A stretch of DNA of 63,302 nt, counting the filler, from Octopus bimaculoides (Eukaryota), in NCBI RefSeq assembly GCF_001194135.2. It is 4 parts of 4 records of this genome, joined end to end, with 100 filler letters (N's around TTAATTAATTAA, not from the genome) between each part and the next. Parts side by side here need not be neighbours in the genome. Positions count along the whole stretch, not along the records: positions 1 to 25,288 come from NC_068988.1; 3 more parts are not named here. One strand, 5' to 3'. Positions 11,611 to 24,067 of this stretch are shown one piece after another; the first letter of the stretch is position 1; each line of letters opens with the position of its first letter. The translations under genes and the position numbers were made by a program. Below the pieces are notes generated by a model that ran no database searches, had not been told where the DNA came from, and saw only the letters and a program-made list of their open reading frames with translations.

Positions 11611-11828
11611 TAAAATAAATGTGCCCTTTTAAAGCCTAGCCAGGCTCATGGGCCCGGTTTCCCGGTTTCAATGGTGTATGTGTTCCCTAGCTGGACGGGA
11701 CGCTAGTCCATTGCAGCATTACTCATTTTTGCCAGCTGAGTGGACTGGAGCGTTGCCCAGTCCAGGAATCGAAACCACAATCTTACGATCATGGTACTGA
11801 CACCCTAACCACTAAGCCACGTGCCTCC
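11611..11828 (-). mobile_element. SINE family C, young
   Basis: Minus strand: GGAGGCACGTGGCTTAGTGGTTAGGG..GGTTTCGATTCCTGG..GCAATGGACTAGCGTCCCGTCCAG (V-domain-like)..GAGCCTGGCTAGGCTTTAAAAGGGCAC. Confidence 0.88.
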
Positions 11829-12447
11829 ATATATATGTATATATATATATATATATGTATATATATGTATATATATATATATATATATATTCACATGTAT
11901 GTATATACCTATTCTTACCGAACTATCTACTCTTATAAACCAAAGTTCTGCAACCTTCAGAGAAATTAAGTCTTAAAAGAAACTTCCATAAACTACGTAC
12001 TTCAAATGCCAATCTAGCTTTAAACAATGGCTCAGAATACAAAGAGTTAAACACCCTTGGAAAAAAGAAAAAGGTGAAAAGCTACCTGTAAAGACTGAAA
12101 ACATCTATCATTTTAAAGCTGGTTTGGCATTCTAGATAACACCGTTTATAGAAGACTGATTTACATATTTTTCAATGTCTCTATTGTTACCTTCTAAATG
12201 TAAACACACACACACACACACATACATAGACATACACACATGTGCACATATACATATGCATGCATGTGCACATGTGTGTGTATGTATCATGAACCTACTA
12301 AAGTCAACTCATTTAGCAGGTTCCCAACCACCAGATTTTATTCTGGTTACAATGGTGATTTTCAGTTGACTTTTTTCATATAGGTTTCAGGTGTGGAATA
12401 AATAAAGGCTCTAAGAGGAAGTATAACATTCTTCCATCAGAGAGACT

Positions 12448-12814
12448 GGTATGGCTGTGTGGTTGAGAAAATTGTTTCCAAACCATGTGGCATTGGGTTC
12501 AATCCCATTGCATGGTACCTTTTGGCAAGTTTCCTCTTTTAGAGTCTCAGGCTAACCAGAGCCTTGCGAGGGGATTTGGTACATAGAAACTGAAAGAAGC
12601 CTGTCATATATATGTGTGCCCATGTCTTGACTCACAGGATCGTTGTACACAAGCATGTTGTTTCGTTTGCAGTCTTCCATGAAAACCATGTCTAGCTATG
12701 GAGGAATATTACCTTGCTTGGAAACAGTTGGGGGTTGGCAACAGGAAGAACATCGAGCTGTAGAAAATCTGCCTCACCCATGCAAGCATGGAAAAGTAGA
12801 TGTTGAATAATGAT
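12448..12814 (+). mobile_element. Composite SINE: family-A head plus alternative (ATG)n-type 3' module
   Basis: 12448-12605 is a family-A head/CORE; 12640-12814 matches the 3' module seen at 2925-3170. Confidence 0.78.
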
Positions 12815-12820
12815 CCTTTC

Positions 12821-12975
12821 TATTATAGGCACAAGGCCTGGAATTTGGGTGAGGGTGACAGTCGACTACATCGACCCCAGTACTCAACTGGTATTTATTT
12901 CAAATCAACCCCGAAAGGATGAAAGGCAAAGTCAACCTTGCCTGGCATGTTAATGATTCTGCTGGCTTGTCACCT
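12821..12975 (-). mobile_element. SINE family B with internal deletion
   Basis: GGCACAAGGCCTGGAATTTGGG..CCCCGAAAGGATGAAAGGCAAAGTCAACCTTG joined directly to head GGCATGTTAATGATTCTGC. Confidence 0.8.
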
Positions 12976-13101
12976 TTCAATGTTGAATAATAACGATGTT
13001 GACAATGTGATATTATTCAGCTGAATTAAATAGGTTACACCTCCTCTCTTTCCCTTTCAACACACTTCATGTATTCAACTTTAAAATAAAATAACACTTA
13101 A

Positions 13102-13304
13102 CCCTTTAACATTCAGAATATTTTGTCAGATGTATTTGCTTATTTATTCACTTTGTTTTAAATTTATCATGCTTTATCTCTCATAGCTTCGAGATTTCGA
13201 TGATGTGATTGTTTACTTTCTAGAATGACCTTGTTGGCTAGGTGTGAAAGATTAGATCTGGCAGAACGATTTGGCTGGATATAGTCGGTTTAAATGCGAA
13301 AGGG
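13102..13304 (+). mobile_element. piggyBac-like MITE flanked by TTAA
   Basis: TTAA|CCCTTTAACATT ... AATGCGAAAGGG|TTAA (TTAA at 13098-13101 and 13305-13308); partial reverse copies at 21080-21205 and 30328-30435. Confidence 0.8.
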
Positions 13305-14275
13305 TTAAAGTGGTGATAATTCTAGCCGCAAATGTGAAAAGTGTCTCTTGCTGTCATGTATATTTAAGTTACTCAACTTTTTTTTTAACATTTGAAAGCA
13401 CAGCACAGTATTTTTAATATTTGTGTCAGATTTCAAATTTTATATTTGCTGATGATTGCAAATTTTTAATGTATTGATTTATGCAAATGGTATAATTCAA
13501 TTTACTGATAATCAAATCATCACTCATTTGAGTTTTTTTTTGTGGGAGGGTTTGCTTTTTAATGTAATGCTACCGTATTTGATAGCATAAAAGACACACA
13601 CAGGCATATTAGACGCATCCTAATTTCAGCAATTCATATTCAGGGGCAAAAGTTTTAGTGCATTAAACCATGTAATATAGGCCTAACCTCACATGTAGGA
13701 CCTGGTGTGATTTTTGAGGCAAGTATGGTACTCTGTGTCTTATCTGATAATATCCACTGGAAAATATGAACACACACACACACACACACACACACATGCA
13801 CGCATGCATGCACACACATTTAAAAAGGAACAGGAATTAAAGCATATTGTACTGATGAAGTTACTATTCTAAGCTTTTTGCTTCATTAAACTACTTTAAG
13901 GCATCATTTATCATTGTTAAATAATTTCATATAATGTCTGTTTTCATGGATCAGAACAGGGTTTTTTTTGTTTTTTTTGCTCATAATTCTAACGTCTGAA
14001 CAACTAACTGCAAATATATAATTAGAGCAAAAGACTTTTGACTGTCTGCTCTTCTTAACATCAACTGCATTATAAGGAATGCTTCCACACATTCGCCTNN
14101 NNNNNNNNNNNNNNNNNNNNNNNNNNNNNNNNNNNNNNNNNCATGGACACGAATATATGTTGGCTCAGTTGCAGTTGCCTAAGATTGCTTTATTCATTCA
14201 GCTTTAACATTTTTTTTTTTTTTTTTTAACACCCATTGATGCCAGTCTCCGAACATCAGATCTTACTCTATAAAC

Positions 14276-14322
14276 CAGGGGACCCCAACTACTGGGCTTG
14301 CAGACCAGTTCTGGACCATGGG
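14276..14322 (+). mobile_element. hAT (Charlie/MER1-like) terminus remnant
   Basis: CAGGGGACCCCAACTACTGGGCTTGCAGACCAGTTCTGGACCATGG; see the copy at 4933-4975. Confidence 0.5.
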
Positions 14323-14416
14323 ACATATGATGCCAAGTCACACGGAAAGAAAAAATTTTTAAATTTTATTTCCATCTTAGTGACTATTGCAGTTTGCAAC
14401 ATGTTTTACATATGTA

Positions 14417-14764
14417 ATCATCATCATTTAACATCTCCACCAAACTCCACTCAGATTTGACATGATTTCTACGGTTGGATGCCCTTCTTAATGCCAACCA
14501 CTCCAAGAGTGTAATGGGTGCTTTTTAAGTGACCCTGGCATGGTTGCCAGTCACATGACACCAACATCAGCCATGACTACAAGTTCACTAGACTTGTCAA
14601 GTCTTCTTAAGCACAGCATATCGCCAAAGGTCTCGGTCACTTGTCATTGCTTCTGTGAGGTCCAACATTCGAAGGGTACTTCTTACATGCCACTGGCACA
14701 GGTGCCACTTATGTGACACTGCCTTGGCCATGACTACAATTTCACTTAGCTTGACAAGTCTTAG
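14417..14764 (-). mobile_element. SINE-like retroposon with (ATG)n tail
   Basis: TCATCATCATTTAAC tail, TTTCTACGGTTGGATGCCCTTCTTAATGCCAAC module, and an internally repeated CCATGACTACAA..GACAAGTC segment. Confidence 0.7.
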
Positions 14765-14773
14765 TTGTGTATG

Positions 14774-14846
<73 letters not shown>

Positions 14847-16007
14847 ATTAAATTACATATTATGCACTTTCTTGTGTTTTGTTATGGTTGGTGAACACTG
14901 CTATAAAGAACTTCGACCTCTAATAAGGGAAATAATATGGACGAGAATCTAAATTTAAATCTTCATTCTTCTAAGTTTGGATTCTAAGTTTAAATTGAAA
15001 GGATATGAAGCTGAGTGTGTGAAGTAAATGTTTGGCTTGAATTGCTGAATGTTGGGGTAGTTAAAAGTAAAATGCAGCCGTACAAAGCAAGTGTTTCCTC
15101 ACACATATTGTATTGAAAGGTGTGTGTGTATACATGTATCAAGATATTTATGTGTATGATAATATTATCTACATGGAGTCTCTGTATGTTTCGACCGTAA
15201 TTCTTATAATGTGAGGGGAGTATAACATTATAGTGTTAGTATCCAAGGGAGATAATATAAGTTTTTTTTTTTTTTTTTTTTTTTNNNNNNNNNNNNNNNN
15301 NNNNNNNNNNNNNNNNNNNNNNNNNNNNNNNNNNNNNNNNNNNNNNNNNNNNNNNNNNNNNNNNNNNNNNNNNNNNNNNNNNNNNNNNNNNNNNNNNNNN
15401 NNNNNNNNNNNNNNNNNNNNNNNNNNNNNNNNNNNNNNNNNNNNNNNNNNNNNNNNNNNNNNNNNNNNNNNNNNNNNNNNNNNNNNNNNNNNNNNNNNNN
15501 NNNNNNNNNNNNNNNNNNNNNNNNNNNNNNNNNNNNNNNNNNNNNNNNNNNNNNNNNNNNNNNNNNNNNNNNNNNNNNNNNNNNNNNNNNNNNNNNNNNN
15601 NNNNNNNNNNNNNNNNNNNNNNNNNNNNNNNNNNNNNNNNNNNNNNNNNNNNNNNNNNNNNNNNNNNNNNNNNNNNNNNNNNNNNNNNNNNNNNNNNNNN
15701 NNNNNNNNNNNNNNNNNNNNNNNNNNNNNNNNNNNNNNNNNNNNNNNNNNNNNNNNNNNNNNNNNNNNNNNNNNNNNNNNNNNNNNNNNNNNNNNNNNNN
15801 NNNNNNNNNNNNNNNNNNNNNNNNNNNNNNNNNNNNNNNNNNNNNNNNNNNNNNNNNNNNNNNNNNNNNNNNNNNNNNNNNNNNNNNNNNNNNNNNNNNN
15901 NNNNNNNNNNNNNNNNNNNNNNNNNNNNNNNNNNNNNNNNNNNNNNNNNNNNNNNNNNNNNNNNNNNNNNNNNNNNNNNNNNNNNNNNNNNNNNNNNNNN
16001 NNNNNNN

Positions 16008-16054
<47 letters not shown>

Positions 16055-16110
16055 CACGTATGCATATATACAAGCTTGCTTGCATACATACATTTTATAT
16101 GTGTGTGTGT

Positions 16111-16174
16111 GCAGGCATGGTCATGTGGTTGAGAAGCTCGCTTTGCAACCACATGGTTTTGGGTTCAGTCCCAC
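16111..16174 (+). mobile_element. SINE family A head only
   Basis: GCAGGCATGGTCATGTGGTTGAGAAGCTCGCTTTGCAACCACATGGTTTTGGGTTCAGTCCCACT. Confidence 0.8.
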
Positions 16175-17185
16175 TTTTTGAAAGATTTGGTTTCACCCTA
16201 TAGATTAGACGATTCTATTTACTTTTGTTTTGGTTAAAATATTGATGATTGATTTTATTAGTTTTGGTTAAGTCTGAACATTTAAAACCTACCTTACATA
16301 GACCAGCTTTATGGAGATTCCTCCTAATAAATGCATCTCCTCACATCAAAAACCTTCATTACGTGAAGCTGGTGTTTTACAATTATGTTGTCTGAGAGAA
16401 GCAATGACAGCTTAATGTTCCTTGTATCATGAGGTAGTGAGTTCGATCTCCAAACCAGGCTGTGCATTGTTTTCTTGAGCCAAGCTGTGTCAGCCTTTGC
16501 TTTTCCCTTGGATAACATCAGTGGCATGAAGAGGGGAGGCTGGTATGCAGGGGCAACTGCTGGTCTTCCATAAGCAACCGTGCTTGGACTTGTGCTTGAT
16601 AGGGGAACTTTCTAGGTGCAATCCCATTGTTATTCATAACAGAAGGGGCTCTTTACACTTTTTTTCATTTTTATCTTGAATTTAACACACTGCCTAGCCA
16701 TAATTTCTAAACCTGTTAACCTCAAATGTCAAAAGTCCGGTGCCTTCTCAGTACCTTACCCTGGCCAACATTGAGCTTTTTTTAACCACCAGTCCTATAA
16801 CCAAGCAGTGTATTTAGGGTCTGTCTAAATACTTACTTTGTGAACTAAACTGGGAAGATGTTTACATTGGCTAGCTGCGTCAAGTCCGAGATATGACAGG
16901 AGTCAGACTTACTTACAGCTATAAAATAGCCACTTAGACAAATAGACGAGTTTGTGGTTAATGTTTGGATTAAATATTTGATCAAATTGTTGTAGAGTAT
17001 TCTACTACAGTGATTTGTTAGATGATATGTCAATTATATTTGTAGATCACAGATGTGTTTCTATGAATTTCAGTGTCTCATATTTTCTAATACTTTTGAG
17101 ATATTAATTTTTAAATCATTTCTAACCCTTCTAAATTGTTACTGTGGTGGCTAAATCTATTTTAATGTACATGTTTTTAATCATC

Positions 17186-17365
17186 ATCATCATCATCGTG
17201 ATAACATCCATATTTCCATACTTGCATGGGACAAACTGAGTTTATTGGGGTGGATGTCCTTCCTGTTTCCAAGCAAGCTAATATTTTCTTATCGCCAGGC
17301 ATGTTTGCACAGAATATTGCAAATAGACAACACTGCTTGTATAACAGTGACACTCATTTACAACT
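17186..17365 (-). mobile_element. SINE 3' module, degenerate
   Basis: Collinear with 2925-3170 (CCTGTTTCCAAGCAAG..ACACTGCTTGTAT). Confidence 0.7.
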
Positions 17366-17488
17366 GTTTTTCATGATAATAATTATTCCTTAAGCTGAAT
17401 GAAATAACACTCATTTTGTTTCTCTTGTTTTTACATCCATTGTTTTCCATACTAGCATGAGTTAGATGAATACATTATTGAGACATAT

Positions 17489-17622
17489 CCAGCTGTAGAA
17501 ACTCTGCCAAATTAGATTGGAGCCTGGTGTAGCCATCCGGTTGCACCAGTCCTCAGTCAAATCGTCCAACCCATGCTAGCATGGAAAGCGGACGTTAAAC
17601 GATAATGATGATGATGATGATG
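17489..17622 (+). mobile_element. SINE 3' end with (GAT)n tail
   Basis: TCCAGCTGTAGAAAC..CCAACCCATGCTAGCATGGAAAGCGGACGTTAAACGATAATGATGATG. Confidence 0.75.
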
Positions 17623-17825
17623 TTTTACAACTGAATGCTCTTCTTGCTGCAAATCCTTACTGGGTTTTCAAGTAAGGGATTACTCGTTTCACTTGTCTTC
17701 ATTAATGCAAATCCAGCAATTTCTTGATTGGAGAAACAACAATAACATCATCGTTTGTAGCTTGCAAGTTTTGGAGAAGAAGCACAAGTGTAAAGAAGCA
17801 CTCCATCACACACACACACATTATT

Positions 17826-17942
17826 GGCTGCTTTCAGTTCCTCCCACAAGGTTATGGTAGATGATAGTTGCTCTAGGTACCATGCAGTGAGATTGAACCT
17901 GGCACCATATGGTTGGAAAACGAACTTCTTAACCACACAGCA
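17826..17942 (-). mobile_element. SINE family A head, old
   Basis: GCAGTGAGATTGAACCTGGCACCATATGGTTGG..CTTCTTAACCACACAGC. Confidence 0.65.
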
Positions 17943-18615
17943 ATAATTGCACCTAAAAGCGCTACTTTAAAAAAAGAAAAAAAATTAGTGTGTTTTATGA
18001 TTCCTTACCAACCGATCATCTCGCAGCTTTGTAGACATCAGACAAGGTTTATTGGAAAGACATTAAACATATGGGTCAGAGATTTTAGTTCATATTTTAA
18101 TGATTTTCACATAAATTACCAATTTCCTAACTGGTACTAACTTCTTCAACAGACTTGATGGTATTACAATATATTTGAATTTTTCAAAGATGATTATCAA
18201 CTGTTGGACACTTTTGTTGCAATATCAGGATATAGTGTCGTGCTAGATTATAATGGAAAATACTGTTTCCACCACCATTGGTTGACCTGTTAATTAGATA
18301 ACTTTTTTAATCTGTTTCTTTTCTATGTACTCTTGGCAACAAAAATATTTTATCAAGCCAAGGAATTGTTTCAGCCTACCAGAAATAGCAGTTAAATGTT
18401 TCTCAAGTCAAACCTGAAGAGTTTTAAAAGGGAAGGACACTTTTGGATTGTGTAAGTCACAGATACTCTGTTTGAGAAAAAGAGAGATAAGATGGAATGT
18501 TATATACTTAGGTTTACCCCCATTAGGGATGAGCTGGTCCCAAACAACAAAACATTAAATCTTAGCAATACTCTAAGTAAGTACAATTACTATATTATTA
18601 TTTAGTCCTCCTTTA

Positions 18616-18838
18616 AGGCAGTAAGCTGCAAGAATCATTGGTGTGTGTGTGAAACAAAATACTTAGCGACATTTCTGCCACCTCTTTACGTTCTGAGCGC
18701 AAATTCCATTAAGGTTGACTTTGTTTTTATCCTTTCAGAGTCAGTAAAATAAATACCAGTTAAACATTGGGGGGGTTAATGTAATTGACTTGCTCCATCC
18801 CCATAAAATTGCTGGCCTTGTGCCAAAATTTGAAAACC
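18616..18838 (+). mobile_element. SINE family B, old
   Basis: TTTACGTTCTGAG..AAATTCC..GGTTGACTTT..AAAATAAATACCAG..GCTGGCCTTGTGCCAAAATTTGAAA. Confidence 0.8.
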
Positions 18839-20834
18839 TTGTCCAGTTCTTCCTTTTTCTCAGGCAGCCTAATCAGACAAACCCAGTCAATCCTGTTTTT
18901 TTCCTAACCATATTAATTCAATATAACCCAATTTTCTAAGATGTTTGTGATTTGAAAGAGAATTGGTTGCTGTTTCTAACAGATCAAGCAACAGCATAGA
19001 GACTTCTCTCATTGATTAACATGCTGTTAACTGCCATGGCCTGTTACTGGAACTTGCTGTATTTCGTGTGGTCACACAGCATACTGTTTAATTACAAGGA
19101 AATGTAATTTTTTTGCATTTTTACAATTATTCTGTAATTAGAATTTAATAATTAGCATTCATGTTATTTAAATATCCTCAAAACCATGTCAAAGGCACAG
19201 GATAAAATATTTTCTCAAATTATGAAAATGTACCACTGATGGTGCATATGGCAGTTGTGTAAAGTTTGCGATGAACCCCTGGTGGTACATGTGGCAGTTA
19301 ACGTGTTAAACACTGTGATTTTTTTGTGTCTGGTGTAACTATCAATAGGATATTGAATCAATGGCAGATGATATATATTGTAGCTTTTTTGGGTGATTGT
19401 AAAGCTATATACTAGAGACCGTCCTTCAGCTACCATAAAAAAACCATGCAGTTTGGATTCAGATTTATCATTGCTGATGACTGTGCAGCATTCGCTTTAA
19501 AGGTTTCCACTTGACTAAGCCTTTATATTCAACACCATGTGATCGACTTCATTTCAATGAATGGATAGTTACAAAAGGATGCATTTGAATGAATAGTCAT
19601 TTGCAAACTCCATGTGACAGACTTAGCTGAATAAATGGTTTGCTCAACACTCACTGAAAATCTAATCATTTGTCTATAGAGTATAAAATAATTTTTCCTT
19701 ATTAAAAAACATAATATATACAAAAAAAAAAAAAGAAAAGAAAAACTCGTGTCTCCTACCCAGATGTCAAATTTAAAGATTACTTTGATAACTTAAGCAG
19801 TGTCTATTTAGTAAGGTTTTCACTCTGCATGTGAGTGTGTATGTATGTGTGATAGAAGGCAATTTTGTTTAATTTTAGAGACAAAAGAATAGACATTATG
19901 AGTAAACTTTGATTATTACTGGTACCTGTGGTAACAAGTTCAGAGATGTCAGCCAGCTTCACTGGTCTAGATTTTTTCTTTTAATTGGTGTTGGGCACAT
20001 ATAGACTGGACATATCTTATTATAAAAGATAGTTGGTTTACTTCATCATGTCTTAGCTCCAGTTTTTCTAGAATTAAGCAACCAAAAGGAAATCATCCCT
20101 TGGATATGACTCAAGCTTTCGTGACAAATTGAAGCAGTCAAATAGTGTATTGTACAGAGGGAATATCAATATGTATGTCTGCAGAGCGACATGAACTCAT
20201 ATCTTCAGTATAACTGAATTGATTTCAACCAAGCCGTGGTTTGCTTTACTGAGAACCAACTGAAACATTATAACTCCTATTACATGAATTTAATAATGCA
20301 AAGAAATTATAGTCCTATCTTTTTTTGTCTGTTGATTAGAATTTTTTTGTTTGATTTTTTTTTTTTTTTTTGTCTTTGATATAATAGTCTTTGGAAGTCT
20401 TTTCCACTTTTTTTCATTTTTTTTTTTAAGCTTTATTATTAATGCCTCAGTGCCTACAGCTAACAATTCATCTTGAGCAGTATTTCAGAAAATGTTCTTG
20501 TAGCCAAATTGAAACACACTCACTCTCTCTTTCCATACATACACTACTAAATAGGTTTGAATATATCAAATAGTATTTTCTTAACTATGTTTCTATTCTA
20601 TCTAATTTTCTTTTTAAATATCCAATTCTAACTTGTAATTACATAGTCAAAACATGTTAAACCTGTAGGATCACCACCATCAGTGGATAAAGAAATCTAC
20701 AAATAACCGTTCTAAGTGTCACTTTAGGTTCTTCAAAAGCTAAAGAAATTTTAATTATTACTTATCCTCCTCCTTGAATTTCCTTCTTTCCTCAAGGCTG
20801 TCATCATCATCATCCCTTGAACATTACTGTCTCA

Positions 20835-21063
20835 AGTCCTAGGGCTCATAGAGCTGGTTACTCAGTTTCCATGGAGCATAAGTGACCAAGATCACAACAT
20901 TCTCCCTGGACTGGATGCCAGTCCATCGTATGTTTACTCATTTGCAGTTGAGTGGACTGGAGCATGAAATGAAGTATTTTGCTCAAAAGCACGTCTGGTT
21001 TGAGAATTGAAACCACAATCTTGCAATCATGAGCCCAATACCCTAACCACTAGGCCACATGCT
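20835..21063 (-). mobile_element. SINE family C, old
   Basis: GCCAGTCCATCG..GAGTGGACTGGAGC..GAAACCACAATCTTGCAATCATG..CCCTAACCACTAGGCCAC. Confidence 0.8.
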
Positions 21064-21079
21064 ATGACACTGGTATGAC

Positions 21080-21205
21080 CCTTTAGCATTTAAACTGACC
21101 ATATCCAGCTAAAATATTCTTCCTGTTTTATATTCAATCCAGCCAGATCCGACCTTGCACACTTACCCTACAATGTCATTTTAAAAGTAAACAATCACAT
21201 CATCA
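21080..21205 (-). mobile_element. piggyBac-like MITE, partial
   Basis: CCCTTTAGCATTTAAACTGACCATATCCAGC..AAGTAAACAATCACATCATC is the reverse complement of the right half of 13102-13304. Confidence 0.75.
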
Positions 21206-21234
21206 ATTTTGGATTTTGTCCCTAATATTATTAT

Positions 21235-21273
<39 letters not shown>

Positions 21274-21314
21274 TAGATAGATAGATAGATAGATAGACAC
21301 ATGCAAACACACAA

Positions 21315-21465
21315 CAGGGTTCCACATAGTTTCTGTCTACCAAATTCACTCATCCAGCATTTGTCAACCTGGGGCTATGATTGAAGACACCTGCTTAAGG
21401 GCCACTCGGTGGGACTGAACCTGAGAACACATGGTTGCAAAGCAATCTTCTTTAACTACATAGCC
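21315..21465 (-). mobile_element. SINE family A 5' half, old
   Basis: GTTTCTGTCTACCAAATTCACTC..GTGGGACTGAACCTGAG..CATGGTTG. Confidence 0.75.
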
Positions 21466-22047
21466 AGAGTTCTGCCTATGAATAGAGAAGAATAAAAAGC
21501 AAAATGGAACCATTTCCTGCCAGACTATATATTATTAAATTATGAAAATATCTTTTAATACATTTAGTTTAAGAAAAAAAAAAAAAGTAAATTAACTTCC
21601 TCTTACACAAAGTCTTATTAACCGAAGAAGCTATTATTAAAAATAACAAGTTGAGCATCTAACATCACAGAGGTTTTAAGTTCTCAATGCCTTTGGTCTG
21701 ATTAGAGCTTTTCACTAATTTTCTTCTTTTACAGTTGTTACTTAAATTTTGTTCACTGAATTTTTATGACAGACTCACTAGTATTTCATTATTTCCCCTC
21801 CAGATAGTATTATCTTAGCTTGAGGGCATTTTTCTTTTAAATAATCAATTATTTTCCCCAATTTTCTCTTATTTTTGTCCTCGTCCTAATCATCTGACAT
21901 AATAGCGCTTAAATATCAAACTATTATTTTGGAAAGTAGCCGTTTTCGGTGTTTCTTTCCTGTAACAATTGACAATATCAAACAGTGAAGTCCTACTAAT
22001 AAAAAAAATAATAAACTCTTGACATAGTTTAAGTCTTCATCTTTTAT

Positions 22048-22290
22048 CTTTTACTTGTTTCAGTCATTGAATTGTGGCCATGCTGGGGTAACACTTTGAA
22101 GAGTTTAGTCAATCCAGTGTTTAATTTAAGTCTGTGCATATTCTATCAGTGTCTTTTCCTGAACTACTAAGTTACAGGGATATAAACAAACCAACACTGG
22201 TCGTCAAGTGGTGGTGGTGGGACACAAACACAGACATACAAAATATGTATAAATGATGAGTTTCTGCACAATTTCTTTTGACCAAATTCA
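22048..22290 (-). mobile_element. SINE family A 3' half, old
   Basis: TCTTTTACTTGTTTCAGTCATTG..GTGGCCATGCTGG..CTAAGTTACAGGGATATAAACAAACC. Confidence 0.75.
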
Positions 22291-22344
22291 CATATTTTTT
22301 TGCTGGTATAATAATAACAATTACACCAGCAAAAAAATACCTTA

Positions 22345-22465
22345 GGAATGAGAATCCAGGGTTGGGTTCAACATTCTACAAGAACACCTGATGAAGGCTG
22401 GAGAGTAAATCAGCCGAAACATTGTGGTAATAACAAACAAGATGCGGACACATATCCACCCAATT
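22345..22465 (+). mobile_element. Penelope-like LTR fragment with degenerate hammerhead motif
   Basis: AACAC-CTGATGA-A-GGCTG(10 nt)CAGCC-GAAAC-ATT-GTGGT; PLE terminal repeats are known to carry such minimal type I hammerheads. Confidence 0.55.
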
Positions 22466-22473
22466 CTTCCAGC

Positions 22474-22616
22474 TTTATATTCTGTGTTCAAATGCTGCCG
22501 AGGTCAACTTTGCCTTTCAATCTTTCACAGTCAGTAAAATAAATATCAGTTGGGGTTGACATAATTAACTTAATCCCTCCCCTAAAATTGCTGGCCTTGT
22601 GCCAGAATTCGAAACT
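22474..22616 (+). mobile_element. SINE family B, old
   Basis: GTTCAAATGCTGCCGAGGTCAACTTTGCCTTTCA..GCTGGCCTTGTGCC. Confidence 0.78.
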
Positions 22617-23154
22617 ATTTTATTATAGTTGATTAAACAACATCCCTTAAGTGTAATCAAATATATGACATCTGATGTTTTTCAGACTTCTTACCCTCAT
22701 TCTTAAGCTTATTACTAATTGTTCCCCTATCAATGATATAAATGGTAATAAGAAAACCAAGATAATAAAATCCAAACACATATCTGTGAAATCTCATCAC
22801 AAGAAATACAGAACGCCAGTAAGCAAATTACGGGTGTACTCAAACAACTCTAAGATCAGATTGTAAACATTTTTGCTCTCTCAAAATGAAGACATGCTTT
22901 ATTGTTTAATGTCAAACTCCATTCTCATTCTACTTCGTTAGTTTGTCCCACGTCCTTTACTTAGTGTGTCAAATTTCCAGTAATATCTGGACACTCCTTG
23001 TTCTATTATTACTACAAGGAATGGATTCCAAGTACAGATATATGCACTGAGGTGACATACCTTGGTTTCCTAATTTATTTTTCGTCTTACACATGGAAGG
23101 TTTCACTTTTGAACCGAACCTCTTATTTGATGTGACATACCAAGGACAGCCATC

Positions 23155-23270
23155 ACCATCATCATCATCGTTTTAACACCCACTTTTACAGGCTTGCAAA
23201 GGTCGGACAGAGTATATTTATGCAAATTTTCTACGGGCGGATGCTTTTCCTGCCGTCAGTCCTACCCTGT
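23155..23270 (-). mobile_element. SINE 3' module with CpGs retained
   Basis: CATCATCATCGTTTTAAC..TTTTCTACGGGCGGATGCTTTTCCTGCCGTC. Confidence 0.7.
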
Positions 23271-24027
23271 GTCACTGTTACATCTCATTTGTTTTTATTT
23301 CTAATCTAATTTATCATGCTGGTGCATAATTCTGATGTCTACCCATTTAAAGTAAATAAGTTGCTGCAGACGTAAAAACCCAGTTCAGAATAAAACACAC
23401 CCGAAATAAAATACGTCCTTAATCCTTACAACTGCCAGTGGAAGAGAGTAGATTTCTTTTTCGTCCTTTTAATTACATTCATGGTATTTCGTCCATTAAT
23501 TTTTAGGATTGACTGCTAATGTTTTCAGATTGTCGAGAACTCCGTTGTATGGTGAACATTTGAGATTCTGCTCTTCTCGTGTTTATTAGCGACGGGAGGC
23601 AATATCAATATCGAGAGGTAATGTTTATTGCCCTGTTAAACGTGGATGTCCTGATGTTCTGTTAGAATAAACTACACTGCGGTGGTTACCCTGAGAGAAA
23701 CTCTCCTCTTCTCGTTTTTCAAGTGTCAATTTCAATTTTTATTTGAAATATTTTCGTGAGCTTTTTTTTTTTTTATGTAAATTTTTCACCTGAAATAATT
23801 GGTAATATTTCGTTTACAAGATGCAACGAAATTTTTTAGAAAAAATAAATAAGTAAATGAGTGGAAATCGAACCGGTGAGTGTGTTGAGTAATAAGGCAC
23901 TAAAAGCAAATAACTCTCACCAGACACAATAAAATAATTGGTAATAGAAACACGAAAAATCGGATCACTTTCATATCAAGACCTTCGAAGTAGCCGAAAT
24001 TTAGTATATATATGTACATATATATAT

Positions 24028-24067
<40 letters not shown>

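Noticed and set aside
11563-11648. 38-bp direct repeat flanking a 10-N gap
   Set aside because: Overlapping contig ends left unmerged; not a TSD or real duplication.
16828-16925. Clustered GTAAGT donors suggesting 6-8 nt microexons on the minus strand
   Set aside because: The implied intron is only about 68 nt and frames are inconsistent; not supportable without RNA data.
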